Below, in pieces: positions 1 to 10,840 of a DNA stretch of 64,000 nt. Made by a program: the position numbers and the translations under genes. Source of the stretch: Candidatus Jorgensenbacteria bacterium. Its GTDB lineage: Bacteria; Patescibacteriota; Minisyncoccia; UBA6257; GWB1-50-10. The DNA lies in contig JBBILW010000001.1 in assembly GCA_037444725.1 (NCBI GenBank), forward strand, positions 5,056 to 69,055, given 5' to 3'. Every line of letters starts with the position of its first letter. Position 1 is the stretch's first letter. Under the pieces are notes generated by a model that was not told the DNA's origin, did no database searches, and saw only the letters and a program-made list of their open reading frames with translations.

Positions 1-1384
1 GAGAAACCCGGGCGTCATCGCGGACAACGTCGGCGACAACGTCGGCGACTGCGCGGGTATGGCGGCAGACCTTTTTGAAACGTATGCAGTGACACTTACT
101 GCGGCGATTCTCTTGGGCTCGCTCACACTCTCCGGCAACGCACTCTTCTTCCCGCTCGTTCTCGGCGCACTCGCCATCATCGCTTCGATTGTCGGCGCAT
201 TCTTTGTGCGCGTAGGAAAAGATCAGGGCATTATGCGTGCGCTCTACAAGGGTCTCATCGCATCACTCGCGGTCTCCGGCGTGCTCTTCTACTTCGCGAC
301 GAAATGTTATTTCGGAGGAAACTTTATGCCGATTTTCGTCTCGACGCTTGTCGGTCTCGCAGTCACCGCGCTCATGGTGGTCATCACTGATTACTACACG
401 GCGAAAAAATTCCGCCCGGTTAAATCAATCGCGGAAGCTTCGAACTCAGGACACGGCACTAACATTATCATCGGTCTTTCTGTCGGTATGGAAGCGACGC
501 TCGTTCCGATTCTTGTCATAGTCGCGGGCATGCTCGTCGCGTATGGCTTCGCCGGAATTTACGGTGTCGCGATTGCGGCGGTTTCCATGCTCTCGGTCGC
601 GGGCATCGTTGTCGCGATTGACGCGTTCGGTCCGATTACCGACAACGCGGGCGGTATCGCCGAAATGAGCGGCGCTCCCGAATCAGTCCGCACGATTACC
701 GACGCGCTCGACGCGGTCGGCAACACGACGAAAGCGGTCACGAAAGGTTACGCAATCGCATCGGCAGGTCTCGCGGCACTTGTGCTCTTCTCCGGATTTG
801 CCGAAGAAGTGTTGAAGCGTTTTTCGACCACCACGTTCGATCTTCAGAATCCGATGGTCCTCGTAGGACTTCTCCTCGGCGCCGCAGTTCCCTATCTCTT
901 TGCATCCATCGCAATGAAGTCAGTCGGCAAAGCGGCGGGAGCAATCGTTGAAGAAATCCGCCGACAGTTCCGCGAAATCAAAGGACTCATGGAAGGCACT
1001 GCGAAACCGGAATACGATAAGGCGGTCGACATCGTCACGAAGGCGGCACTTCGTGAGATGATTGTGCCCGCACTCCTCCCGGTCGTCTCGGTGCTTCTCG
1101 TAGGGTTTGGTTTCGGCAAGGAAGCACTCGGCGGTTTCCTCATGGGTACCATTATCTCGGGTCTCTTCATCGGCATCTCGATGACCTCGGGAGGCGCCGC
1201 GTGGGACAACGCGAAGAAGTACATCGAAGAGGGCCACTTTGGCGGCAAGGGTTCCGATGCGCACAAGGCGGCGGTAACGGGAGACACGGTTGGCGATCCT
1301 TATAAGGACACCGCCGGTCCCGCAGTCAACCCGCTCATCAAAGTCATCAACATCGTCGCGCTTCTCATGGTTCCGTTCCTCTAA
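1..1384 (+). CDS. hppA: K+-insensitive/V-type H+-translocating pyrophosphatase (membrane pyrophosphatase); 5' end outside the window, frame starts at nt 2
   Basis: Upstream of the track ORF the frame reads ...[16 protein letters not shown]. The C-terminal [22 protein letters not shown] motif and multiple TM helices are diagnostic of H+-PPase. Confidence 0.85.
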   Translation, partial: RNPGVIADNVGDNVGDCAGMAADLFETYAVTLTAAILLGSLTLSGNALFFPLVLGALAIIASIVGAFFVRVGKDQGIMRALYKGLIASLAVSGVLFYFATKCYFGGNFMPIFVSTLVGLAVTALMVVITDYYTAKKFRPVKSIAEASNSGHGTNIIIGLSVGMEATLVPILVIVAGMLVAYGFAGIYGVAIAAVSMLSVAGIVVAIDAFGPITDNAGGIAEMSGAPESVRTITDALDAVGNTTKAVTKGYAIASAGLAALVLFSGFAEEVLKRFSTTTFDLQNPMVLVGLLLGAAVPYLFASIAMKSVGKAAGAIVEEIRRQFREIKGLMEGTAKPEYDKAVDIVTKAALREMIVPALLPVVSVLLVGFGFGKEALGGFLMGTIISGLFIGISMTSGGAAWDNAKKYIEEGHFGGKGSDAHKAAVTGDTVGDPYKDTAGPAVNPLIKVINIVALLMVPFL

Positions 1385-1395
1385 ACCGACGATTA

Positions 1396-1430
1396 CGAAA
1401 AACGCCCTGTAACACCGGGGCGTTTTTTTG
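1396..1430 (+). terminator. rho-independent terminator after the H+-PPase gene
   Basis: GC hairpin aacgccc...gggcgtt followed by a run of seven T. Confidence 0.6.
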
Positions 1431-1552
1431 TTTGTTACCTGCGTTACAGCACGCACGAAACAAAAATGTTTAGGATGAAACATTTTCAAGAAGCCGGTAG
1501 ATCAGTAAATATGCGGGTCACAAAAAACAGCCCCGCGAGGGGCTGTCATTCG

Positions 1553-2017
1553 TTAGTCGGATTTCACCTTCACTTTCTTTGCGCGCTGACGATTCAACTT
1601 CGGCATCCTGATAGTCAACACTCCATTCTTTACCGTCGCCGTGGACTTTTCCGGATCAACTTCAGCGGGGAGAATGACCGAACGTGAGAACCTTCCCCAA
1701 AAACATTCCTGATAGAAATAATCCTTGTCCGCAATCTGCTCCACCTTCTCGCGCTGACCCTTGATGGTGACGGACTCGTTCGTGATGTGGATGTCGAGTT
1801 CATCCGGCGTTACGCCCGCAACCGTCGACTGCACGATGATGTCATCACCCTCCTGGTACACATCCACCGTAAGCCGTCCTTCCGTTTCGTCGTCGTCGAT
1901 TTCGGTCACCTCCTCATCGCGGCGCGATTTCGGTTCTTTTTCCACGGTCACTTTCGTCGGCTCCGATTTTACTTTTGCGAGCTCTACAAAAATGTCGTTG
2001 TGTTCGTTGTTCTCCAT
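1553..2017 (-). CDS. Hsp20/alpha-crystallin family small heat shock protein
   Basis: Alpha-crystallin domain (VDVYQEGDDIIVQ...GVLTIRMPK) with an acidic N-terminus. Confidence 0.85.
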   Translation of the reverse strand: MENNEHNDIFVELAKVKSEPTKVTVEKEPKSRRDEEVTEIDDDETEGRLTVDVYQEGDDIIVQSTVAGVTPDELDIHITNESVTIKGQREKVEQIADKDYFYQECFWGRFSRSVILPAEVDPEKSTATVKNGVLTIRMPKLNRQRAKKVKVKSD

Positions 2018-2026
2018 ACAGTCACA

Positions 2027-2731
2027 TTATATCACACCCTCCTCCTTCTCGCGTCTGATTTTTTCAAAGTCATTTAATACAAAGAAAGTGACGCTTACAA
2101 GGAATAAACTCGGCACGAGAAGATTGGTGTCCTGCATCACGTAGACGAGATAATTGAAAATGCCGTGCACGATCGATGCAATCACAAGTCCGATTATTAT
2201 GAAGCGCCACTCCTCTTTCTTCACAATGCCATGCGCCCAGTAGTAACCGATGAGCGCCGACGCGAGCGTATGAAGGAGCGTTGCGCCGATAAGACGGAGC
2301 AGCAGCGCCTGGCCTGCGCCCGCGATTTCGTGAAGACCTGAGACGCCGAAGAATGAACTCAACACAAAAATATTTTCTATCGTCGCAAACCCGAGACCCG
2401 CGACCACCATGTAAATCATTCCATCAATCGGCTCGTCAAAATCCGGAAGCCAGCGCACTGAAGCATATGCGCCCCAAAACTTGAGCGCCTCTTCGATGAC
2501 CGAGTAGAGAAACATAGCGACGAAAAACATTCCGGGAATTCCCGAAATTTCTTTTTCGAGAATCAACTGTACGAGGAGCGCGGGTACACTCATTATGGCG
2601 CCGTAGATGAACGTCTTGATGATGAGACTCGCGGGCTCACCGTGGTCATCTTCCCGCAAAAAGAATGCGAGCCAGATGAGCGCGGGGAGAAACGCGAGTG
2701 CGACCGTCGCGATGATAGAGAGTGCTACCAT
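2027..2731 (-). CDS. PrsW-family intramembrane metalloprotease
   Basis: Polytopic membrane protein carrying EExxK (EEALK) and HxxxN (HGIFN) motifs. Confidence 0.5.
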   Translation of the reverse strand: MVALSIIATVALAFLPALIWLAFFLREDDHGEPASLIIKTFIYGAIMSVPALLVQLILEKEISGIPGMFFVAMFLYSVIEEALKFWGAYASVRWLPDFDEPIDGMIYMVVAGLGFATIENIFVLSSFFGVSGLHEIAGAGQALLLRLIGATLLHTLASALIGYYWAHGIVKKEEWRFIIIGLVIASIVHGIFNYLVYVMQDTNLLVPSLFLVSVTFFVLNDFEKIRREKEEGVI

Positions 2732-4878
2732 TGTTCGATGAGCAACAACGATTGTTTATGTTTCGGTAATTTTTGGAAAATATATTCCGTAAGAAACGGC
2801 ATGAAAGGATGCAACACTTTCAATGACTCGAAGAGTACATGCATGAGTACTTCGCGCGTGTGCGGTGCCGCATCGCTCGCGAGCTGACCCTTCGCCGCCT
2901 CGAGATACACATCACAAAACGAGTGCCAGAAAAAGTCATAAAATTCGCGGAGCGCTTTTGCGAATTCGAAGTGCTCGATATCGTTCGCGACACTCGCTTT
3001 AATTTTTTGGAGCTCGCCCATTATTTTTTTGTCGGCATCGGTTCCTAGAGACGCGTCAACATTCTTCGCGGGGAATGTCGCATCCTCTCCAATGGAACCA
3101 AGCACGAACTTTGCCGCATTCCAAATTTTGTTCGTGAATTTTCTGCCACCCACTACCGCAGTTTCATCCCAACGAATATCCTGTCCTGTCGCCTGCCAGA
3201 CGACTGCGAAGCGCGCCACGTCCGCACCGTACTGCTCAATGTATTTCAGAGGGTCAATGCCGGTACCCAAACTTTTCGACATGCGCTTCCCCTCTTTCGT
3301 CATGATGGTGCCGTGAATGAGCACGTTCGTAAACGGCACTTTCCCCATGAATTCGATTCCGGAATATATCATACGCGCAACCCAGAGATTCAAAATGTCG
3401 CGCGCGGTGATTAACGTGTGACCGGGATAATATTTTTTCTTATCGGATTCCGAAAGTCCCGCAAACGGCCAGAGCGCGGACGAGAACCAAGTGTCCAACA
3501 CATCCGTTGCCTGTTCCATTTCACACGTGCCACAGAGCGGACATTTCGCCGGCTTCTCTTTTGTCACGACAAAATTTTTCTCATCGTCTTTTTTGTTCTT
3601 GCAGAAATATACCGGAATCTGATGCCCCCACCAGATTTGGCGCGAAACGGTCCAGTCGCGGATGTTTGAAAGCCAATCGGAATAGGTCTTCTCAAAACGC
3701 TCCGGATGAATGGCAACTTTTTTCGAGCTCACCGCTTCAAGCGCCTTCGCCGCCAATTCCTTCATTGAAAGGAACCACTGCGCGGACGGCGTCGGTTCGA
3801 TTGATTGACCGCAGCGGTAGCAGACCGAGACGCGGTGCGCGTACGGTTCCACTTTCACGAGTCGCCCCTGCTTTTCCAATTCTTCAACAATCTTCACGCG
3901 TGCTTCGGCAGCCTTCATTCCCTCGTAGACCCCCGCTTCCTTCGTCATCCTGCCGCGGCCATCAATCACCACCACCATAGGAAGTTTGTGGCGCTCGCCT
4001 ATTTCAAAATCGAGCACGTCGTGTGCGGGAGTCACCTTCACCATACCCGTGCCGAATGTCGAATCAATCGCTTCGTCGGCAACGATGGGAATCTCGCGGC
4101 CCACAATCGGCACCGTTACTTCCGTACCTATCAACTTTTCGTATCGCTCATCATGCGGATTCACCGCGATTGCCGTGTCGCCAAGCAGCGTCTCCGGGCG
4201 CGTCGTCGCGACCGTCACTGCATCCGAATATTTGATATGCCACAAACTTGTTTCTTCATCCTTATATTCAAGTTCGAGCTCAGAGAGACTCGTCGCGCAG
4301 CGCGCGCACCAATTTACCGTACGATATCCGCGATAGAGCCAACCGCGTTCATAATAATGAACAAATGCCGCCACAACATCTTTTGCGTATGCGGGGTCCA
4401 TCGTGAAGCGCGTACGTGACCAGTCGGCAGAGCAACCGAGCCGGCGCAACTGCTCCAGAATGAGATTGCCGTACTGCGCTTTCCACTCCCACACTTTCTC
4501 AATAAATTTTTCTCGGCCGATTTCAAAACGGCTCACGTTCTGCTTGCGGAGCTCCTTCTCTACCACATACTGCGTCGCGATGCCCGCATGATCGGTGCCC
4601 GGAAGCCACAATGTTTTTTTTCCGCGCATACGCTGATAGCGGACAGAAATATCCTGGAACGAATTGTCGAGCGCGTGCCCCATATGGAGCGAGCCCGTCA
4701 CGTTTGGCAACGGCATGTACACCACGTAGGGTTCCGCATCTTTTTCTACCGGCAAATTATCGGGATTGAAATATCCCGATTTCTCCCATGCCGCATAAAT
4801 CTCTTTTTCTACATCCTTCGGCTCATATGCACCACTCCCCAGGACGCTCTGTCTTTTCGCACTCTCGTTTTCGTTCAT
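2725..4878 (-). CDS. valS: valine--tRNA ligase (shortened form, 717 aa)
   Basis: HIGH motif (HMGHAL), KMSKS motif, WCARCATSL, and the CP1 editing domain TRPETLLGDTAIAVNP. Confidence 0.9.
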   Translation of the reverse strand: MNENESAKRQSVLGSGAYEPKDVEKEIYAAWEKSGYFNPDNLPVEKDAEPYVVYMPLPNVTGSLHMGHALDNSFQDISVRYQRMRGKKTLWLPGTDHAGIATQYVVEKELRKQNVSRFEIGREKFIEKVWEWKAQYGNLILEQLRRLGCSADWSRTRFTMDPAYAKDVVAAFVHYYERGWLYRGYRTVNWCARCATSLSELELEYKDEETSLWHIKYSDAVTVATTRPETLLGDTAIAVNPHDERYEKLIGTEVTVPIVGREIPIVADEAIDSTFGTGMVKVTPAHDVLDFEIGERHKLPMVVVIDGRGRMTKEAGVYEGMKAAEARVKIVEELEKQGRLVKVEPYAHRVSVCYRCGQSIEPTPSAQWFLSMKELAAKALEAVSSKKVAIHPERFEKTYSDWLSNIRDWTVSRQIWWGHQIPVYFCKNKKDDEKNFVVTKEKPAKCPLCGTCEMEQATDVLDTWFSSALWPFAGLSESDKKKYYPGHTLITARDILNLWVARMIYSGIEFMGKVPFTNVLIHGTIMTKEGKRMSKSLGTGIDPLKYIEQYGADVARFAVVWQATGQDIRWDETAVVGGRKFTNKIWNAAKFVLGSIGEDATFPAKNVDASLGTDADKKIMGELQKIKASVANDIEHFEFAKALREFYDFFWHSFCDVYLEAAKGQLASDAAPHTREVLMHVLFESLKVLHPFMPFLTEYIFQKLPKHKQSLLLIEQW

Positions 4879-4974
4879 ATATATAGAGGTGTACTATTTG
4901 CCTTCACTCTAGCAATAAAGATTCCCTTCTGCAAAGGCATTTCAGGCTTTTTGTGCTGCGCGGGGGGGCGGCAA

Positions 4975-5014
4975 AACAAAAACGCCCCGCATGCGATGCG
5001 TGGCGTTTTTTTGA
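4975..5014 (-). terminator. rho-independent terminator directly after the ArsR-like gene stop (bidirectional hairpin)
   Basis: acgccccgcatgcgatgcgtggcgt hairpin flanked by an A-run and a T-run. Confidence 0.5.
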
Positions 5015-5017
5015 GAC

Positions 5018-5281
5018 TTAGAACTTACCAACTCCGTGTGATTTTATGCCTTCGTGCACTATCGCATAGTATACGTTCAATCCGTCGCGTCGCGGCTTCA
5101 CGATTCCGACATGCCGAAGATGAGAAAGGTGCTGAGAAACGTTCGTTTTGGTTAACTTTAGCTTTTTCGCGATATCGTTCACCGAAACTTCCCCTCCCAT
5201 AAGCAGATCGATTATTGCGAGTCGCTTTGGGTTTGCCATAGCCTTATAAAGCTCGGCAGTGTCATAATGTTTTTCTGGCAT
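5018..5281 (-). CDS. ArsR/SmtB-family HTH transcriptional regulator
   Basis: RLAIIDLL...VNDIAKKLKLTKTNVSQHLSHLRHVGIV winged-helix signature. Confidence 0.75.
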   Translation of the reverse strand: MPEKHYDTAELYKAMANPKRLAIIDLLMGGEVSVNDIAKKLKLTKTNVSQHLSHLRHVGIVKPRRDGLNVYYAIVHEGIKSHGVGKF

Positions 5282-5318
5282 AAACGTAATACAACAATAC
5301 TCTCCACTTTATTGCAAG

Positions 5319-5699
5319 CTAACTTACATGCGAAACATTTATATAATGGCGGACCTGGAATACACTCTTTTCTTCCTTAATGGCCAACACGTCGAGGCGC
5401 CAGCCCATGCGCTCATTTATAAGGTGTGGGTTATCATTTGCGTACTGCTCGGCGATGCGGCTGAACTTCACTAGCTTCGCGCGGCTCATCTGATCTTCAG
5501 GAAGCAGTTCCGACACTCCCCTGTTTTGCATTGTTTTTACCTCGACAAAGACGAGCGTCCTATCCGGAGCCCGCGCCACTATATCCAACTCACCCCAGCG
5601 TTCCCGATAATTGCGCTCTATTATCTTGTATCCCTTTTCCACAAGATACCCACAGGCGTGAGTTTCGCCTCGTGCGCCTAATTCCATTCGCTCTGTCAT
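5319..5699 (-). CDS. YraN/UPF0102-family endonuclease
   Basis: GELDIVAR...LVFVEVKT PD-(D/E)xK core typical of the YraN family. Confidence 0.7.
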   Translation of the reverse strand: MTERMELGARGETHACGYLVEKGYKIIERNYRERWGELDIVARAPDRTLVFVEVKTMQNRGVSELLPEDQMSRAKLVKFSRIAEQYANDNPHLINERMGWRLDVLAIKEEKSVFQVRHYINVSHVS

Positions 5700-5892
5700 G
5701 TACGTTTAGTATATCGCACGCACATGTTCGCATGCGCTCCGATTGACAACGTTATGCTTTTATTTTATTTCATTTTTAATCAAATGAGACCCCGCTCGTC
5801 CCATCTATCGCCCATGACTACCCGATTTAGTTGCGGCAGGTCGGCCACCATCACCCAACTCATTCGACGTCCCATCTTATGCTTCTGGAAAA

Positions 5893-6172
5893 ATGTTTCA
5901 TCCTAAACACTCTCATTGTCCGAAATGCAAACGTGTAGGATTCATCGCGCTACCAGCTTGTCACAGCAATATCTCAGTCATATCGATATATTTCTATACA
6001 TAATGTTTCATCCTAAACATTTTTTTAGCCATATTTTTCAAAAGTGTAGGATTCATCGCGCTACCAGCTTGTCTGCATTTTTGTAGCAAAAATATGGAAG
6101 TGTAGGATTCATGCGGTTATCAGGTTTTCCTGCTTTTCCTTGTTTTCTTAGTTTTCTTTGTTTTCCTTGTTA
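5893..6172. repeat. Intergenic direct-repeat array of about 110 bp composite units, followed by a CT-rich microsatellite
   Basis: AATGTTTCATCCTAAACA occurs at 5893 and 6003. GTGTAGGATTCATCGCGCTACCAGCTTGTC occurs at 5934 and 6045, with a degenerate third copy at 6101. A (c)ttgttttcc tract with 5 repeats spans 6128-6172. Confidence 0.6.
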
Positions 6173-6174
6173 AT

Positions 6175-6202
6175 CAAAAACCCCGCCTGATCGGCGGGGG
6201 AG
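6175..6202 (-). terminator. rho-independent terminator of the metallophosphoesterase gene
   Basis: ccccgcc-tgatc-ggcgggg hairpin followed by a T-run on the minus strand. Confidence 0.55.
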
Positions 6203-6211
6203 TGACTCACG

Positions 6212-6895
6212 CTATTCCTCGGGATTCACTTTGATACCCTCATCACCCAGCGTTATGTACGAAGAAGGGACGTCCGTCCAACATCCGCTGTTGTAATACT
6301 CCACACTTCCGAAATGCTCAGCAATCGCCCTGTGCGTGTGTCCACAGAATACGACATCATAGTGCTCGAGGGCTCCATGCCGCGATGCGCCCTTCGCGAC
6401 TCTCTGGGAGTTCCTCATCCATGCCTTGCTCGCACGCTTCAGGAAACGGCTGATAAACTGGCGCTCGGTATCGATGCGCTGGATGAAGAGATACACATTG
6501 CCCGCAAGCATGCTCAAGAACTCATTTCTCACGAGGAAACGGTCAAACTGATGGCCATGCAATGCAAGGCAGCGCTTCTCCTTCCATATAAAGGAGTGCT
6601 CGCGTTGCACATCGACGCCGATAAGCCTTGAGAGGATGTTCGCTGCACCATCATGATTACCCGCAATCCAAACTACCTCCTCGGGACGCTTCGGGTGCGA
6701 TAACTCCCTAAAAAAGGAGAGAAGCGCCCAATCGTCATGATCGAGACGCTGGAAATTGAGATCATCAAAGATGTCGCCGTTTAAGATAAGCTTCTTGAAC
6801 TCCATCGACTTCAATCGATGCAGCAGCTGTTTTGAGCGGCAGGGCCTTGAGCCCAAGTGAATATCGGAAACGATAACTACGTCGTATTGAGGCAT
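6212..6895 (-). CDS. calcineurin-like metallophosphoesterase (LpxH/YaeI-like)
   Basis: All five phosphoesterase motifs are present: SDIHLG, NGDIFD, GNHD, HGHQFD and GHTHR. Confidence 0.75.
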   Translation of the reverse strand: MPQYDVVIVSDIHLGSRPCRSKQLLHRLKSMEFKKLILNGDIFDDLNFQRLDHDDWALLSFFRELSHPKRPEEVVWIAGNHDGAANILSRLIGVDVQREHSFIWKEKRCLALHGHQFDRFLVRNEFLSMLAGNVYLFIQRIDTERQFISRFLKRASKAWMRNSQRVAKGASRHGALEHYDVVFCGHTHRAIAEHFGSVEYYNSGCWTDVPSSYITLGDEGIKVNPEE

Positions 6896-6946
6896 AATAT
6901 TTAGCTTGAATTTTTGCGGGTACTCGCGTTTAATTAACTATAACCA

Positions 6947-9094
6947 ATGGCACGACGCAAATCAAAAAATAAAAAACAAACGGGCGAAAAAGTAAAGGCA
7001 TCGAAATCCAACGATTTTCCGCGCGAGTCGAATATGGATCTCCACCCGGATGTGAAAAAATATGTCATCGCGACTATTTTGGCGGGTGTCACTATCATTC
7101 TCTTGCTTTCGGGTTTTCATCAGGCGGGTCCGTGGGGCGAAATTTTTTACAACGCCTTCTTCAAATTATTCGGCTGGGGTTACTATTTACTTCCCGTCGT
7201 CACGACGATTGTCGCGCTTTCTTTTTTTGCGCCGGAGCCGACAAAATTTTTAGGCATCACATTAATCGGCGCACTTTTCTTCGTCCTCTCTGGTCTAGGT
7301 TTTATGGATGTGACATTCCCGGGCAGCGGGGGATGGGTTGGAGAATTTATCGGCGCACTGAAATATCCGTTCGGGAACACCGCCGCGATTATCATCACGC
7401 TCACCGGACTTGTCGCATCATTTTTGGTTACGTTAAATCGTCCGCTCAATCTTTCGTTCCGCCGCGAGCGCGATGAAGATGAGGAAGAGGAAGATGAGGA
7501 AGAGAACGAGGTAAAGGAAGTGGAAATAAAACTTCCGCTCGAAGCGCGCGAAGAGCCCGTGAAGGATGAAATAAAAAAACCGGCTGCACGTGCGACAGAG
7601 CAGAAACAAAAGAAGGAGGTTGAAGAGGCGCTCGACGAATCGCAATTCGAGGTGCCGAAGGCGACAACGCAAAAGAGCATCCAGAACTACACGCCGCCGC
7701 CGCTCTCACTTCTTTCGTCTGCAGTCGAGAAGCCGACCATCGGCGACCTTCGTGCAAACGCGAACGTTATCAAGCGCACACTTGAGAGCTTCGGCATTCC
7801 CGTCGAGATGGGAGAGATTAACGTCGGCCCCACAGTGACGCGCTACACATTGAAGCCCGCCGAAGGCGTGAAAATTTCACGCATCACGACGCTGAACCAG
7901 GATCTTGCCTTGGCACTTGCTGCGCATCCTATCCGCATAGAGGCGCCCATCCCTGGCAAATCGCTTGTGGGCATCGAGGTGCCGAACAAGTCGGCGGCCG
8001 TCGTACGCCTTGGCAGTCTTCTTCTCTATCCTGAATTCCAGAAATCGGAGCCGCTCGCATTCCCGATTGGCCGCAACGTAAACGGCGAGCCCGTCTTCAC
8101 GAATATCGCAAAGATGCCGCACATGCTTGTCGCGGGCGCAACGGGTTCGGGCAAATCCATCACGCTCCACTCGATTCTCATTTCGCTCCTTTATAAGAAC
8201 TCGCCGGACATGTTGAAGATGATTCTCATCGACCCGAAGCGCGTGGAACTTTCGGTCTACAACAATCTTCCGCATCTCATTGCGCCTGTCGTTACTGAAA
8301 ACAAAAAAGCTATCGGTGCGCTCCGCTGGGTTATCCAGGAAATGGACCGCCGCTACCAGGTGCTTCTCGAAGCGGGATCGCGCGATATCAAGAGCTACAA
8401 CAAGAGCGCAAAAGAAACTCTTCCTTATATATTGGTGGTCATCGATGAGCTCGCCGACCTTATGACGACCTACGGCAGGGAAGTGGAAGGATCTATCATT
8501 CGTCTTGCGCAGATGGCGCGCGCGACCGGCATCCACATAATCGTGTCGACGCAGCGTCCTTCAGTCGAGGTCATCACGGGCCTCATTAAGGCGAACATTA
8601 CGACGCGCATCGCGCTCCAGGTAGCAAGCCAGATCGATTCGCGCACCATCCTTGATATGGCGGGTGCGGAAAAATTGCTTGGCCACGGCGACCTTCTCTT
8701 TGTCTCGTCCGACTTCTCGAAGCCGCGGCGCATCCAAGGAGCGTTTTTGACCGAGGAGGAAATGAAATCGGTCATCAATTTCATCAAAGAGAACAATGAA
8801 ATTTCCGTGACCGGCATCGCAATCGACGAGGAACCCGAAGCTACTCATATCTTCGAGAGCATGACGGGAGGCGATGAAGAAGACGATATGTTTGAGGAGG
8901 CCGTGGAGGCCGTGCGTGCCGCTGGAAAAGCGTCGGCATCGCTCCTTCAGCGGAGGCTCAAGGTTGGCTATGCCCGTGCCGCGCGCCTCCTTGATATCAT
9001 GGAGCAAAAGGGTATGATAGGCCCAGGCGACGGCTCGAAGCCGCGTGAGGTGCTCTTCCTCGACAATGCGGGGAACGAACCCTCAAATGAATAA
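6947..9094 (+). CDS. ftsK: DNA translocase FtsK/SpoIIIE
   Basis: N-terminal TM helices, an acidic linker, Walker A (GATGSGKS) and Walker B (VVIDELADL), and a gamma winged-helix domain at the C-terminus. Confidence 0.9.
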   Translation: MARRKSKNKKQTGEKVKASKSNDFPRESNMDLHPDVKKYVIATILAGVTIILLLSGFHQAGPWGEIFYNAFFKLFGWGYYLLPVVTTIVALSFFAPEPTKFLGITLIGALFFVLSGLGFMDVTFPGSGGWVGEFIGALKYPFGNTAAIIITLTGLVASFLVTLNRPLNLSFRRERDEDEEEEDEEENEVKEVEIKLPLEAREEPVKDEIKKPAARATEQKQKKEVEEALDESQFEVPKATTQKSIQNYTPPPLSLLSSAVEKPTIGDLRANANVIKRTLESFGIPVEMGEINVGPTVTRYTLKPAEGVKISRITTLNQDLALALAAHPIRIEAPIPGKSLVGIEVPNKSAAVVRLGSLLLYPEFQKSEPLAFPIGRNVNGEPVFTNIAKMPHMLVAGATGSGKSITLHSILISLLYKNSPDMLKMILIDPKRVELSVYNNLPHLIAPVVTENKKAIGALRWVIQEMDRRYQVLLEAGSRDIKSYNKSAKETLPYILVVIDELADLMTTYGREVEGSIIRLAQMARATGIHIIVSTQRPSVEVITGLIKANITTRIALQVASQIDSRTILDMAGAEKLLGHGDLLFVSSDFSKPRRIQGAFLTEEEMKSVINFIKENNEISVTGIAIDEEPEATHIFESMTGGDEEDDMFEEAVEAVRAAGKASASLLQRRLKVGYARAARLLDIMEQKGMIGPGDGSKPREVLFLDNAGNEPSNE

Positions 9095-9097
9095 TCT

Positions 9098-9775
9098 ATG
9101 GACGAATTAGAAGAGATAAAACCGATTGCGGAGGTCATTGGGGATGCAATGAAGATGAAGGGCATTTCCGCAGAAAAGCTTTCGCAGCTCACCGGCGTAT
9201 CCGACCGTTTCATCGCACTTTTGCTCGATGACAAACATGAGAAGCTTCCGTCTGCGCCCTATGTCCGCGGCTATCTCTCCCGCATCGGCAACACGCTGAA
9301 CTTGAACGGCGAGCAGCTCTGGACCGATTACACGAAGCAGCACGTCGTGGCGCGTTCGGGGAAAAACGACACGCTTGTCACCAATAAATTCGAAATGAAG
9401 TATCCCGGCGCCCCCGTCCTCGCGGTTGGCGCGGTCGTCATCGCGGGCATCATCATTTTCGCGCTCCGCGCGCCCGCCTTTATCGGCACGCCAACACTCT
9501 CACTCGAAAACTTTTCTGAAACGGCGAGCACCTCGACGCTCGACATCAGAGGAAAAATTGATCCAAAAAATCAGCTCACGGTAAATGACGAAGTGGTGTA
9601 TCCGGACGAGCAGGGGACATTTGAAAAAAAAGTAACGCTTACCGTCGGCTTCAACACCTTCCGCTTCAAGGTAAAGGGAGTTCTCGGCAAGGAATTTGAA
9701 ACCACGAAGCAAGTCTATCTTGCAACCAGCACGAAGCACGTCGAAACAATAACCAATACTACTACCACGGAATAA
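9098..9775 (+). CDS. RodZ-like HTH membrane protein
   Basis: N-terminal HTH with the YVRGYLSRI motif, a single TM helix and a C-terminal beta domain. Confidence 0.5.
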   Translation: MDELEEIKPIAEVIGDAMKMKGISAEKLSQLTGVSDRFIALLLDDKHEKLPSAPYVRGYLSRIGNTLNLNGEQLWTDYTKQHVVARSGKNDTLVTNKFEMKYPGAPVLAVGAVVIAGIIIFALRAPAFIGTPTLSLENFSETASTSTLDIRGKIDPKNQLTVNDEVVYPDEQGTFEKKVTLTVGFNTFRFKVKGVLGKEFETTKQVYLATSTKHVETITNTTTTE

Positions 9776-9776
9776 C

Positions 9777-10829
9777 ATGGCACCCGCAAAGAAAGCGAAA
9801 GTGAATGATGAGTCTTCGAAAGATTTAGAGTCCTTGATGGAATCACTGCAGTCCCGCTTCGGCGAGGGCTCGGTGATGAAGCTTGGCGAACAATCGGCAA
9901 TGAAAGTAGAGGCGATACCCACGGGTTCGTTCTCGCTCGATTTGGCGCTCGGCGTCGGCGGCTTCCCGAAAGGGCGCGTCATCGAAATCTTCGGCCCCGA
10001 GAGTTCCGGCAAGACCACACTTGCGCTTCATGCGGTCGCGGAAGTCCAGAAGAAGGGTGGTAAGGCGGCCTTCATTGATGCGGAACACGCGCTCGACCCC
10101 GAGTATGCCGCAAAGATTGGCGTGAAGACGAAAGAGCTTATCATCTCTCAGCCCGACAACGGCGAAGAGGCATTGAATATCTTAGAGAGCATTGTGCGTT
10201 CGAACGTAATTGATATCGTGGTCGTGGACTCCGTCGCAGCGCTCACGCCACGCGCGGAAATCGAAGGCGAGATGGGCGCCCAGCACATGGGCCTCCAGGC
10301 ACGCCTCATGTCCCAGGCGCTGCGCAAGCTGACCGCCATCGCCGCGAAATCGAACACAATTGTTATCTTCATCAACCAGACGCGTATGAAAATCGGTCTT
10401 GTCTTCGGCAATCCCGAAACAACTCCGGGCGGTATGGCGCTCAAGTTCTACGCATCGGTCCGTATCGATATCCGCCGCATCGCGCAAATTAAAAAAGGGG
10501 AGGATGTTGTCGGCAACCGCACCAAAGCGAAAGTAGTGAAGAACAAGGTAGCGCCGCCGTTTCGCGTTGCGGAATTCGACATTCTCTACGGCGAGGGCAT
10601 CTCGTATGAATCGGACGTATTGAATACCGCGGTGAAATATGAAGTGGTAAAGAAAAACGGCGCGAGCTATTCCATGGACGGCGAGAAGCTCGGCAACGGA
10701 TTCGACAACGTGCGATTGAGACTTAAGGAAGATAAGAAACTTCTCGAGACGCTCAAGAAGAAAACAACGGAAGCTTCGCTCAAAAAAGGAATTATTGGCG
10801 TTGCGGGTCCGGACGACGAGAAAGAATAA
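9777..10829 (+). CDS. recA: recombinase RecA
   Basis: [34 protein letters not shown] matches RecA over its full length. Confidence 0.95.
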   Translation: MAPAKKAKVNDESSKDLESLMESLQSRFGEGSVMKLGEQSAMKVEAIPTGSFSLDLALGVGGFPKGRVIEIFGPESSGKTTLALHAVAEVQKKGGKAAFIDAEHALDPEYAAKIGVKTKELIISQPDNGEEALNILESIVRSNVIDIVVVDSVAALTPRAEIEGEMGAQHMGLQARLMSQALRKLTAIAAKSNTIVIFINQTRMKIGLVFGNPETTPGGMALKFYASVRIDIRRIAQIKKGEDVVGNRTKAKVVKNKVAPPFRVAEFDILYGEGISYESDVLNTAVKYEVVKKNGASYSMDGEKLGNGFDNVRLRLKEDKKLLETLKKKTTEASLKKGIIGVAGPDDEKE

Positions 10830-10840
10830 GAAAGGGGTGA

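Noticed and set aside
5934-6130. Possible mini-CRISPR array, with a 30-nt repeat present 2.5 times
   Set aside because: Spacer lengths are 81 and 26 nt and therefore irregular. The third repeat is degenerate. The repeats are part of a larger 110-bp tandem unit and no cas genes are nearby. It is better described as a tandem or iteron-like repeat.
7440-7530. GAA/GAG-rich repeat inside ftsK that looked like a tandem DNA repeat
   Set aside because: It simply encodes the acidic low-complexity linker (DEDEEEEDEEENE) typical of FtsK. It is not an independent repeat element.
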